Source of the DNA: Lama guanicoe
Lineage: Eukaryota
NCBI GenBank assembly: GCA_013239625.1
Contig: MU053557.1
Span: 4,680,123 to 4,744,122, forward strand
Direction of reading: 5' to 3'
Length of the DNA stretch: 64,000 nucleotides
Shown one piece after another: positions 44,681 to 57,016 of this stretch. Made by a program: the position numbers and the translations under genes. Position 1 is the stretch's first letter; each line of letters begins with the position of its first letter. The notes under the pieces are model-generated. The model ran no database searches. It saw only the letters and a list, made by a program, of their open reading frames with translations, and was not told the origin of the DNA.

Positions 44681-47600
44681 GAGGGAGGAGGTCAAGATGG
44701 GGAGTAGAAGCACATGGAGCTCACCTCCCCACATACACACATCAAAAATATATCTACATGTGGAAAAATTCTCACAGAAAACCAACTGAAAACTGGCATA
44801 AGATCTCTTATACAACCAAAGCTGCAAGAAAGATCCCCATGTAACAGGGCAGGACGAAGGAAAAAAAGGCACTGGGAAGAGACCAGCACCCATGAGAAGG
44901 AGCTGTGACAGGAAAGGTTCCCTCTCCCTGGAAACCCCCTTCACCAGCTGGGAGGTCAACCAGGACAGATAGGGAGTTGAAGGAGCCTGGTTTCTGCTCA
45001 TGAGGAGTGTGTGGATGCTGGCTTGCTAGCAATCAAGGCAGAGAGAAACCAGCACATAATGGCTGCCACATCACCACACGTCTCACCCCAGAAACCTGCT
45101 CCAGGCAAGGATGATGCTAGTATGCGCAGCAGCTAGGTGCTGAAACTTGGGCTTCAGCAGATGGACCATGGGAGAGGACCTGGTCTAGCTGCAGAATTGG
45201 TCTATAGAGAGCCCAAGGGGCCTGGAGTGTGACCTGGGCTGCCACTGTTAGCATGTGGAGGGCAGGGCACAGGTCCCCCACAGGAGCCCCAATGTCAGCA
45301 GGCAGCATGGGGCATGGGCCCACCATATGAGCCCCACTGTTGGTGGCTCCAATGGCAGCAGGCTCAGTGAGCCTGCATGTGGCAGGGATGGGGCTGACCT
45401 CAGAGCTGGTTATCAGGGTTCCCACTGGAAGGGTAGGTCCGAGGGAAGGTCCATCATCAGTGGACTATGCTGGCACACACACCAGGTGGTGTGGCATCAC
45501 AGACTCACCCCAGTGGACAGTGCCTGGGGAGGAGTACACAGCAGTACCTCTCCCAGTGGAAGTGCTCCAGGCCTGCCTACCTCACACTGCAGCTTGGAGC
45601 CAGATCTGGGGCAGACCAGCCCTGGAAGAGTTCTATCAAAGAGGCAGCCCAGATTCTAGGCAGCAGCCCAACCACCTTGATTCCTGCAACCACAACACCC
45701 CAGTCTCCAGCACCAGCCTAACACTATGTTTCAGACGAACACAATGGAGAAGGGGACGTGACCTTGGGCTGCTTCTGGGCAAAACTGAGGACGCCTGCGC
45801 TGGCGACTCATAGTATCACAGTGATCAGATGGGCTTTACTTGCTTCAACACTCACCTCACTGAGGACAGAGCACACACTTACACGCAACAGAGCCTCAAT
45901 GAATGTGACCCTCGAGCTTCTACTCCAACAACTGGGGATCAAACCTCACTCTTGACAGGGTTCTGACAGCCACAGAACAAAGAGGAGGCCCCACCCAACT
46001 TCTAGAGCAGGCTCTGGTCACAGCACCAATCACACTCCCTATCAAGGGGATAACAGGCCAGCACACTCTGAGGAAAGATACAGCAAGCATCCATGCCAAA
46101 AATACTGGACTCACACAGTCTACACAAAGACACTCCCACACAAAAACAGACCTTCAAGACCACAGTAGGTAATTTTTTCTCCTAAATTCAGAGACAGAGA
46201 AATTTAAGTAAAATGAAAAGGCAGAGGAACTACTCCCAATTAAAAGAACAAGAAAAATCCCCTGAAAGAGCAAACAATAAAACAGACCTCTCTAGTCTAC
46301 TAGATCCCAAGTTCAAAAAGGAGGTAATAAAAAATGCTAAATGAATTAAGAAAGATTATCAATAGAAATGCAGATCACTCTAACAAGGAACTAGAAACTA
46401 TAAGAGGAACCAGTGAAAACTAGACAACTCAAATGCCAAGATAAAAAGGCAGATCTTCCAGACAAAAATCAATAAGGCGACAAAGATACTAAATGACATG
46501 ATAAAACAGCTAGACTAAATTGGTATTGACAGGACACTACATCCAAGAAAAGCAAAATACACATTCTTTTCAAGTATGCATGGAACATTCTTTAGGATAG
46601 ACAACATACTAGGACACACAACAAGCCTCAACAAATTTAAAGGAAATAAAATTATTTCAAGCATCTTCTCTGACTACAACATTATGAAACTAGAAATTAA
46701 CCACAGAAAGAGAAACAGGGAAAAAAAGACCACATGGAGACTAAACAACATACTACTTAAAAAAAAAGTCAATGATGAAATCAAAGAAGAAATAAGGAAA
46801 TACCCCGAGATAAATGGCAATGAAAACACAGCCTTACAATATCTATGGGATGCAGCAAAAGCTGCTCTAAGAGGGAAGTTCAGAGATACAGAGGCCTTCC
46901 TCAAAAAACAAGAAAAATCTGAAATAAATAACATAACCTACCACCTAAAAGAGTCAGAAAAAGAACAAACAAAACCCAAAGTCAGCAGAAGGAAGGAAAT
47001 AATAAAGATCAGAGGGGAAATAAATAAAATAGAGACAAAAAAATAGAACAGATGACTAAAACCAAGAGGTGGTTTTTTAAAAAGGATAAACAAAATCAAC
47101 AAACCTCTAAGCAGGTTCACCAAGTAAAAGAGATAGGACCCAAATAAACAAAATAAGAAATAAAAGAGGTAAATTACAACCAACACCACAGAAATACAAA
47201 AAAAAACTATAAGAAATTAGTATAAACACTTATATGGCAACACATTGGACAACCTAGAAGAAATGGACATTTCTAGAAATATACAGCCTGCCAAAATCAA
47301 GTCAAGAAGAAACAGATAACTTGAAGAGACCAATCACTTGAAGTGAAATAGAATCTATAATTTAAAAACTCCCTTCAAACAAAAGTCCACGATCAGATCG
47401 CTTTACTGGAAAATTCTACAAAATATACAAAGAAGAACTTAGACCTATCCTTCTCAAACTCTTCCAAAAGACTGAAGAGGAGGGAACACTCCCAAAGTCA
47501 TTCTATGAAGCCACCATCAACCCAGACCAAAACCAAAACACTACAGAGAAAGAAAATTACAGGCCAGTATCTGATGAATATAGATGCAAAAATCCTCAAC

Positions 47601-47707
47601 AAAGTATAAGAAAACTGAATCCAACAATACATAAAAAGGATCATATACCATGATCACGTTGAATTAATTCCAGGATCACAAGGATGGTTCAACATACATG
47701 AATCAAC
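44681..47707 (+). mobile_element. L1 element A: 5'UTR, ORF1 start, internal deletion, ORF2 EN/Z region (continues at 54832-55259)
   Basis: gagggaggaggtcaagatgg start; atgaaaaggcagaggaac ORF1-like start ~46213; ORF 46576-47046 HGTFFRIDNILGH...SIFSDYNIMKLEIN...LWDAAKAALRGKF is L1 ORF2. Confidence 0.88.
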
Positions 47708-50700
47708 AGACTTACCATATGATCCAGCAATCCCACTCCTGGGCGATATCTGCAGGCAACTCTAATTCAGAAAGAGAGACTTCCAGTCAAGATGGCGGTG
47801 TGATAGGATCGCTAGCTCACCTCTCCTCATGACTACAACAAATCCACAACTGTGTGCTAAACAACCATCCAAAAAAAAGACTGGAACCTAGCAAAAAAGA
47901 TCTTCTGTAACTGGAAACATACAGAGGGAAAGGAACCACAGCAGGATGGTAGGAGGGGCATGCTTGTGATATAATTGGGCCCCATACCTCCCAGGTGGAC
48001 AACCCACAAGCTGAAGAATAGTTAAGTCATAGAGGCCCTCCCACAGGAGCGAGAACTCTAAGCCCCACGTCAGGCTTCCCAGCTCAGGTTCTGGCACTGG
48101 GAAGAGAAGGAGACCCCACGACATCTGGTCTTGAAGGCCAGTTAGTCTTGGTGCCAGGAGTCCCATGGGACTGGGGGAAACAGAGACTCCATTTGTGTGG
48201 GAAGCATACATGGAATCTCATGTGCGCCAGGTCCAAGTACCAGAGGCAGTGACTTCATAGGAACCTGGGCCAGGCCTGCTTGCTGGATTTGGATGGTCTT
48301 CTGGGGACATGGGGGATGGCTGTGGCTCACCCAGGGGACATAAAAGCTGATGGCGGACATTCTGGGAGTGTTAATCTACATGAGCTTTCCTGGAGGCTGC
48401 CATCTTGATTGGATCATTAGCACCAAGACCTAGCTCCACCCAATAGCCTGCAGGGAAGCCTCAGGCCAAACAACATACAGAGAGGGAACACAGCCCCACC
48501 CATCAGATTTCCTAAGCCACAAAGGCCTGTAGACACGGCCCTACCAACCAGAGACCCAGGACCAAGCTTCACCAATCAGTGGCCAGGCACCTGCTCCTCC
48601 TGCCAGGAACCCTGCATAAGCCTCTAGTCCATCCTCATCCACCAGGGGCAGATACTAGAAATAAGAAAACTACAATCCCAAAGCCTGTGGAAGGAATCCA
48701 CAAACACATAGAAAGACAATATGAGGCGGCAAAGGAATATTTCCTAGCCCAAGGCACAAGATAAAATCCCAGAAGAAGTAAGTGATGAGGAGATAAGCAA
48801 TTTATCTGAGAAAGAGTTTAAAGTAATGATGGCCAAGATGTTCAGAGAAATCAAGAGGAGTATAGATGCACATAGCAAAGTCTTTAGCAAAGAGTTGGAA
48901 AATATAAAGAATACCCAGAGTTGAAGAACAAAATCACTGAAATGAGTAACACATGAAGGAACCAAGAATAGACTAAATGAAGCAGAAGAATGGATCAGTG
49001 AGCTAGAAGACAGATTAGTGGAAACCGCTACTTCAGAAAACAGAAAAAAGAATAAAAAGGAATGAGGATAATTTAAGAGAACTCTGGAACAACATAAAGC
49101 GCTCAAATATTCACATTATAGGAGTCCCAGAAAGAGAAGAGAGAGAGAAAGGAGCTGAGAAAATTTCTGGAGAGATAATCACTGAAAACTTCCCCAACTT
49201 GGGAAAGGAAACAGTCACCCAAGTCCAGGAAGTGCAGAGAGTACCACACAGGTTCAACCCAAAGAACACACCAAGGCATATAGTCATCAAATTGACAAAA
49301 ATTAAGGATAAGGAGAAAATATTAAAATCAGCAAGAAAAAAGCAACAAATAACATACAAGGGAACTCCCATAAGGTTATCAGCTGCTTTTTCAGCAGAAA
49401 CTCTACAGGCCAGAAGGGAGTGGCACAATATATTAAAGTGATGCAAGGGGAAAACTTACAACCAAGAATACTTTATCCCGCAAAGCTCTTGTTCAGACTT
49501 GATGGAGAAATCAAAAACTTCACAGATAAACAAAAGCTAAAAGATTTCAGCACCACCAAACCAGCTTTACAACAGATCTTAAAGGACCTTCTCTAGTCAT
49601 CAAACCATAAGAAAAGAGAACAAAAAGAAGAAAGAAAGGAAAGAAAAAAAAAAGACCTACAAAAGATTGCTTTGGCTGTCTGGGGTCTTTTGTGGTCCTT
49701 ATAAACTTTGGAATTGTTTGTTCTAGTTCTGTGAGGAATGTCGTGAGTATTTTGATGGGAGTTGCGCTGGATCTGTGGATTGCTTTGGGTAGTGTGGCCA
49801 TTTTAATAGTGTTGATTCTTCCAATCCAAAAGCACAAGAAATCTTTCCATTTCTTTGTGTCATTTTGGTTTTCAGAATATAGGTAACCTTCTTGGTTAAG
49901 TTATTGCTAGGTATTTTGTTGTTTTTGATGTATTGGAAATGTTAATGTAGGTTATAAAATTCTGGTTTTTGAAGTGGAAAAAAAAGTGAATAAAGGTCCA
50001 CAAATGGCAAAGTATCCTTCTTTCTTATGGTGGGTTGTATTCCATTACATATATGTATGCTGCATCTTCATTATCCATTCAACTATTAATGTGCACTTAG
50101 GATGCTTCTGTATCTTGGCAATTATAAATAATGTAGCAAGGTGTATATATCTTTTTGAATTAATTTTTATTTTGTGGTTGGCTTTATTCCTTTGATAACT
50201 ATGAAAGTTTAAAAAGCTAAAGCTCTAAACGTTCTTAGAAACAATGAACAGTACATATATGTAAATTTAAAAATATATGTGCAGTGAAAAAAAATGAGCT
50301 ATCAAGCCATGAAAGACATGGAAGAAACTTAAAAGACATATTACTAAATGAAAGAAACCAGTCAGAAGAGGCTACAAACTGTTCAATTCCAACCAAATGA
50401 CATTTTGGAAAAGGCACAGGTACAGAAACAATAATAAGATCATGGTCTCCAGCGGGGAGGGAGGGATGAATAGATGGAGCACAAAGGATTTTTAGGATGA
50501 TGAAATTACTCTGTATGATACTACAGTGGTGGCTACATGTCATTATGCATTTGTCAAAGTCCATAGAATGTACAACATCAAGAGTGAACCCTAATGTAAA
50601 CTATGGAATTTTGTTGATAATAATGTGTCCATGTTGGTTCACTAATTGCACCAAATATGTCACAGTGATGAGGGATGTTGGGTATATGTGGGTAGTGAGG

Positions 50701-51380
50701 GCTATGTGGGAACTCTGTATTTTCTGCTCAATTCTGCCGTAAACCTGTAACTGCTCTAAAAAAAAAAAAAAAAGTCTATTAAAACAAACAAACAAACAAA
50801 AGATACCTGCACCCCAATGTTCACAGCAGCACCATACACAATAGCCAAGACATGGAAACAACCTAAATGTCCATCGACAGATGACTGGGTAAAGAAGTTG
50901 TGGCATATTTATATAATGGAATACTACTTGGCCATCAAAAAGAATAGAACCATGCCATTTGCAGCAACATGCATGGACCTAGAGATCATCATTCTAAGTG
51001 AAGTAAGCCAGAAAGAAAAAGAAAAATACCATATGATATCACTCATATGTGGTATCTTAAAAAAAAAAAAGGGACACCATGAACTCATCTACAAAACAGA
51101 AAGACTCGTAGACTTAGTAAACAATCTTAGGGGGAAAGGGGGTGGGACAGGATAAATTTGGGAATTTGAGATTTACAAATGTTACCCACTATATATAAAA
51201 ACAAATTTTTTAGAAAAGTTTCTTTTGTATAGCACAAGGAACTATGCTCAATATCTTGCAATAACCTTTAATAGAAAAAAATTTTAAATGAATATATTTA
51301 TATATGTGCATGACTGGGATATTGTGCTGTACACTAGAGATAGACACATTGTAATTGACTGTACTTCAATTAAAAAAAAA
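47708..51380 (+). mobile_element. L1 element C: 5'-truncated 3' end, split by element B (parts 47708-47775 and 50804-51380)
   Basis: ttaccatatgatccagcaatcccactcctggg...ctaattcagaaaga joins tacctgcaccccaatgttcacagcagca (MFTAAPYTIAKTWKQPKCPS); 3'UTR and A-tail at ~51371. Confidence 0.82.
47776..50803 (+). mobile_element. element B: composite ORF1-only (half-L1-like) insertion
   Basis: L1-type 5' end gagacttccagtcaagatggcgg; ORF1 ~48721-49597 (QVQEVQRVPHRFNPKNTPRHIVIKL..); inverted ORF2 piece ~49665-49935; antisense L1 3' piece ~49990-50180; L1MC-type 3' end ~50285-50785; A-rich tail; aaaga duplicated at both ends. Confidence 0.75.
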
Positions 51381-54300
51381 GAAAACCAATGAGTCAAAAA
51401 TGAAATAAAAGAAGAAATTAAAAAATACTTTGAGACAAACAATTAAAACACAACCATACATAATCTATGGGATGCAGCAAAAACAAAAGTCCTAAGAGGG
51501 GAAGTTCATAGCTATACAGGCCTTCCTCAAAAGTAAGAACAATCTCAAGTAAACAACCTTACGTATCACCTAAAAGAATTAGAAAAAGAAGAACAAACAA
51601 AACCTAAAGTCAGCAGAAGGAAGGAAATAATAAAGATCAGGGAGGAAATAAATAAAATAGAGATTAAAAAATAGAAAAAAATCAATCAAACCAAGACTGG
51701 TTTTCTGAAAGAGTAAACAAAACTGACAAACCTCTTACCAGGCTCATCTAGAAGAAAAGAGAGAGGACACAAATAAACAAAATAAGAAAGGACAATGGAG
51801 AAATTACAACCCCCAATACTGCAGAAATACAAAAAACTGTAAGAGATATATATGGTGTATATGTATATGTGTGTGTGTATAAATATATATATATATATAA
51901 ATAAAATATGGAAACAAATTGGACCACCTAGAAGAAATGGACAAGCTTCTGTAAACATACACTCCACCAAGACTTAATCAAGAAGAAGTAGACTACTTGG
52001 ACATAATGATCACTAGAAATGAAATCGAATCAGCAATAAAAAGTCTCCCTTCAAACAGAAGTCCAGGACCAGATGCCTTCCCTGGAGAATTCCACCAAAC
52101 ATACAAAGAACTCATACTGATCCTTCTCAAACTCTTCCAAAACTTTAAAAAGGAGGGAATACCCCCAAACTAATTCTGTGAAGCCACCATCACCCTGATA
52201 CCAAAACCAGACAAAGACACTACTCCCCCAAAAAATTACAGGCCAGTATCAATGATGAGCATAGATGCAAAAATCTTCAACAAAATATTACCAAACAGAA
52301 TCCAACAACACACTAAAAAAGATCATACACCACGATCAAGTTGGATTCCTCCCAGGGACATAAGGATGGTTCAACATATGTAAATCAATCAATGTGATAT
52401 ATACCGTATCTACAAGAGAAAGAACAAAAAATCACATGATCATTTCAATAGATGCAGGAAAAGAATTTTATAAAATTCAACACCCAATTATGATGAAAGC
52501 TCTTACCAAAGTGGGTATAGAGGGAACATAACATAATAAAAGCTATTTATGGCACACCGACAGCAAGCATAATACTCAATGGTGAAAAACCAAAGGCCTT
52601 CCCACTAAAATTTGGAATAAGACAAGGATGCCCACTCTCACCACTTCAAATCAATATAGTTTTGAAGTCCTAGCCACAGCAATCAGACAAGGAAAAGAAA
52701 TAAACAGGGATCCAAATTGGAAGAGAAGAGGTAAGATTATCACTATATGCAGATGACATGATACTATATATAGAAAACCTTAAAAGCTCCACACAAAAAC
52801 TACTAAAGCTGATAAAAGAATCCAGCGAGGTAACAGGATACAAGATTAACATACAGAAATATGTTGCACTTCATTCCACTAACAAAGAAATATCAGAGAG
52901 AGAGAGAGTAAAGAAACAATCCCTTTTGAACTCACATCACATTAAAAAACAATAAAATGCTTAGAAAAAAATCTGACCAAGGAGGGGAAAAACTTACACA
53001 AGGAGAACTACAAAATGCTGATTAAGGAAATTAAAGCTGACTTAAAGAAATGAAAAGAGATCCTAAGCTCTTGGACTGGAAAAATCAATACTGGTAACCT
53101 GGCCATACTCCTAAAAGCAATCTATAGGTTTAATGCCATCCCTATCAAATTACCCAGGACATTTTTCACAGAACAAGAACAAATAATCCTAAATTTTACA
53201 TGGAATCACAAAAGACCCAGAATTGCCAAAGCAATACTGAAGGAAAAGAACAAAACTGGAGGAATAACCCTCCCAGACTTCAGATAATACTACACAGTTA
53301 CAGTCATCAACACAGCATGGTACTGGCATAAAAACAGACATATGGATCAATGGAACAGAATAGAGACCCCAGAAATAAACCCACAGACTTTTGGTCAATT
53401 AATCTTCGACAAAGGAGGTAAGAATATACAATGGAGAAAAGACTGTCTCTTCAGCAAGTCGTGGTGGGAAAACTGGACAGCTGCATGTAATTCAATGAAG
53501 TTAGTTAGAACTCTCCCTCATACCATACACAAAAATAAACTTAAAATGGCTCAAAGACTTAAACATAAGATAAGACACTATAAACCTGCTGGAGGAAAAC
53601 AGGCAAAACATTCTCTGACATAAATCTTAGCAATGTTCTCCTAGGGCAGTCTACCCAGGCAATAGAAATAAAAGCAAAAATAAACAAATTGGACCTAATT
53701 AAACTTACAAGCTTTTGCACAGCAAAGGAAACCATAAGTAAAACAAAACATCAACCTATGGTACAGGAGAAAATATCTGCAAATGATGCAACTGACAAAG
53801 GTTTAATTACCAGAATATATAAACAGCTCATACAACTTAATAACCAAAAAACAAACAACAAAGTTCAAAGGTGGGCAGAAGACATACAACAAGCAATTAT
53901 CCAGTGAAGACACACGAACGGCCAACAGGCACATGAAAAAATGCTCAATATTGCTAATCATCAGAGAAATGCAAATCAAAACTACTATGAGATATATCAC
54001 CTCACACCAGTCAGAGTGGCCATCATTAAAAAGTCCACAAAGGATAGATGTGGGAGAGGGTGTGGAGAAAAGGGGACCCTCCTACACTGCTGGTGGGAAA
54101 GTAGTTCGGTGCAGCCATTATGGAAAACAGTATGGAGATTCCTCAAAAGACTAAAAATAGACTTACCATATGATCCAGCAATCCCACTCCTGGGTATATA
54201 TCCAGAGGAAACTCTAATTCGAAAAGATACATTCATAGCAATATTCATAGCAGCACTATATAACAATAGCCAAGACACGGAAGCAACCTACATGTCCATC

Positions 54301-54831
54301 GACAGACGACTGGATAAAGAAGCTGTGGTATATTTATACAATGGAATACTACTCAGAAATTAAAAAAAAAGAATAAAATAATGCCTTCTGCAGCAACAAG
54401 GATGAACCTGGAGATCGTTACTCTAAGTAAGCCAGAAAGAGAAAGAAAAATATCATACGATATCACTATAAGTGGAATCTTAAAAAAATAAGAGAAAGAA
54501 AAAAAGAGGACATTAATGAACTTATCTACAAAACAGAAACAGACTCGCAGACATAGTCAACAATCTTATGGTTACTGGGGGAAAGGGGGTCGGAAGGGAT
54601 AAATTTGGGAGTTTGAGATTTGCAAATGTTAACCACTATATATAAAAATAGATAAAAAACAGATTTCTTCTGTATAGCACAGGGAACTATATTCAATATC
54701 TTATAATAACCTTTAATGAAAACGAGTATGAAAACAAACATGTCTATATATATACATGTCTGGGACATTATGCTGTGCATCTGAAGTTGACACGTTGTAA
54801 CTGACCATATACTCCAAATAAGAAAAAAAGA
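51381..54831 (+). mobile_element. L1 element D: 5'-truncated, ORF2 (disrupted) plus complete 3'UTR and A-tail
   Basis: RT motifs (agacaaggatgcccactctcacca; tatgcagatgacatgatac = YADDMI), [25 protein letters not shown]; 3' end tgggacattatgctgtgcatctgaagttgacac. Confidence 0.92.
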
Positions 54832-55259
54832 AACGTCTCACCAAAGTGGTTACAGAGGGAACATATCTCACCATAATAAAAGCCATTTATGACAAACCCA
54901 TAGCCAACATATTTGTATCTGGATCTTTACAGAAGCTAAACCCTAACGCAATCAACTCTTGATCAGTTACGTGTGAATTCACAGTTCAGGGATTATATGT
55001 AACAAACCATAAATCCCCTATCAGCACCCCCAATCCATCGATACTCAAAATACCCATCAAAATACTCAACGGTGAAAAGCTGTTGCATTTCTTTATAGTA
55101 ACAATGAAACAAAGTGAAAAAACAATCCTGTTTAAAATTGCTTCAAAAAATCATAAAATACCTAGGAATAAGCCTAACCAAGAAAGTGAAAGGCCTATAC
55201 CCTCAGAACTATGCAACGCTGATAAAGTAAATGGAAGCGGATTCCAAGAAATGGAAAGT
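54832..55259 (+). mobile_element. resumption of L1 element A ORF2 (RT region), with a 150-bp foreign insert and a deletion
   Basis: ctcaccaaagtgg..agagggaacatatctc..cataataaaagccatttatgacaaaccca, collinear with D at 52501-52580; ends without a tail at ~55259. Confidence 0.75.
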
Positions 55260-55469
55260 TCCTCATTATTCAGTACCAACAATGTGCCGAGTTCTCTGCT
55301 GAGGACTTTGCACCCATCATCTCGTTTAAGCCTCTGTAACAACCCAAGAAGTAGCCGTTATTCTTACCTGCGTCTCTCAGAGGAGGGAGCAGCTTTGAAG
55401 AGGACACAGAACACCATGGTGGAGCCAGAAGCCAATTCCCGCTTGTCTGACTGGAGAAGCCAGTTTAGT

Positions 55470-55960
55470 TACTCATCAGTCAGGATGCCTGCAGCTACAA
55501 GTAAAGAGGGCCGTCTTACAAGTGGCTTAAACAATGAGAACACACACCGTTTTGCACAAGCAGAGCTCCTAAGCTCATGGCCAGCCGATCCAGCAGCTCA
55601 GCAATGCGTATTGGGAGCCCAGCTTCTCTGCATCTCTCCACGCCGCCAGCCTTGCCCAGGTGTTTCGTATCGCTCCACTCCACCACCCTCAGGTGTGACT
55701 CCTTATCTTTACAAGACACTGCTGCAGCCCCAGGCATGGAAAAACAGGAAAAAAATTCAAGAAATTTCCCTTTGTGTGTTTCTTTTAATCAGAAAAGCCT
55801 CCCCAGAAGTCCTCAGTAGGCTTCTCCGCAGGTTCTGCTGGTAGGACTAGGGAATATGCCCTCGCCCTTGCTGCAAAAACAGCAGGTAAATTGAGTAACT
55901 GGCATTTTCAGCCTCAAGAGTGGGAGGTGGGTACCCTGCTGACAAAGAGAAACAGAGCAG
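55470..55960 (-). mobile_element. old MaLR LTR (MLT1-like)
   Basis: tcagtcaggatg..cagctacaagtaa...agtggcttaaacaat...agaaaagcctccccagaag. Confidence 0.55.
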
Positions 55961-56344
55961 ACAGGGAATGGCCTCTGGGTAAGTGAATTGCAGTGTCTCA
56001 GCCACAGCCTCTGTCCTTCTTCTCAGAGAATCACAATGCACATTGCCAAAAGTCCTATGAAGTCCTGCAGTGTCTTTGTTTAATCTAATGTGTCATAAAC
56101 TAATTTGACATAACTGTTTAAGAAATGTTAGATTTCATGTATTTTATCCATTCTAAGACATACTTTTTTTTCACATTTTGAAATCTCTGATGATGAGATA
56201 CAGCTTAAAAGTAGCTCCTTTCCTGACCTCTAATTCTGTGATTCTTCTAAGTATCATCCCCACCATGGCCCCTCGAGACAGGTGGCTCCAGAGTGCAAAA
56301 GGATACTCAGCAATGTTCCCTTGCTCCCTGGCTACACACACGCC

Positions 56345-56760
56345 CAGCAAATATTTACTTACTGAGTATCTGCTGTGAGGCAGGAGCACTGAGAATACAA
56401 CTGTGTGCAAGGCAGGTGTGAGCTCTCATGTAGTTCTGGTCGAGAGGAGGAAACAGATTGTAAATAAGTGAACAGAAAAAGAGACGAACACAAAGATAAC
56501 TGCTACAGAGACACAAACAGGGCACTGGAAACGAAGAAAAGACAGAAACTCACTTCATACAGTTACTGAAGGATGACAACGAAGCACTCAAGGGAAAAGT
56601 GGAGGTTTTCTAGGCCAGAGAACAGCATCTGCAAAGGCACTGGGGTGGGTAAGAGCTTAGTGTATTTGAGGAACTAAAATATACTGGAGTGAAGCAAATG
56701 AAGGGGAGAATGAGATTAGAAGAGGTGGAAGGCAGGAGCCGGAACATACAGAGGGACGAG
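56345..56760 (-). mobile_element. L2 LINE fragment
   Basis: cagcaaatatttact..ctgagtatctgctgtg; ttctaggccagagaacagcatctgcaaaggcactggg. Confidence 0.65.
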
Positions 56761-56849
56761 GACACCTCTCATTCATGCAGGTTATGTGGAGACTATCTGG
56801 CCTGCGCTGTGGTTGTTAACCTACAAGAAGCAGGGAGAATTGCTCCAAG

Positions 56850-57016
56850 TCTTGCTGCTCAATGTGTGGGCTGCAACCAGCAGCAAGGGAGTCACCAGGG
56901 AGCTTGCAAGGAAGGCAGAATCTCAGGCCCCACTCCCAACCTACTCAGTCTGAACCCATATTTCACTAAGACCCCCAGGTGATTCACACACATAGTGAAG
57001 TCTGAGAAGTGCTGCT
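56850..57016. mobile_element. MER5A DNA transposon
   Basis: caccagggagcttg...gcagaatctcaggcccca..cc.aacctact...aagacccccaggtgattca...tgagaagtgctgctcta. Confidence 0.8.

Noticed and set aside
51381..54831. Possible intact, active L1
   Set aside because: 5'-truncated; ORF2 is broken by many stops, frameshifts and a (TA/TG)n expansion at ~51845-51900.
55083..55844. 253-aa plus-strand ORF
   Set aside because: Runs across an L1 fragment, a MIR and an MLT1 remnant; a chance fusion of repeats.
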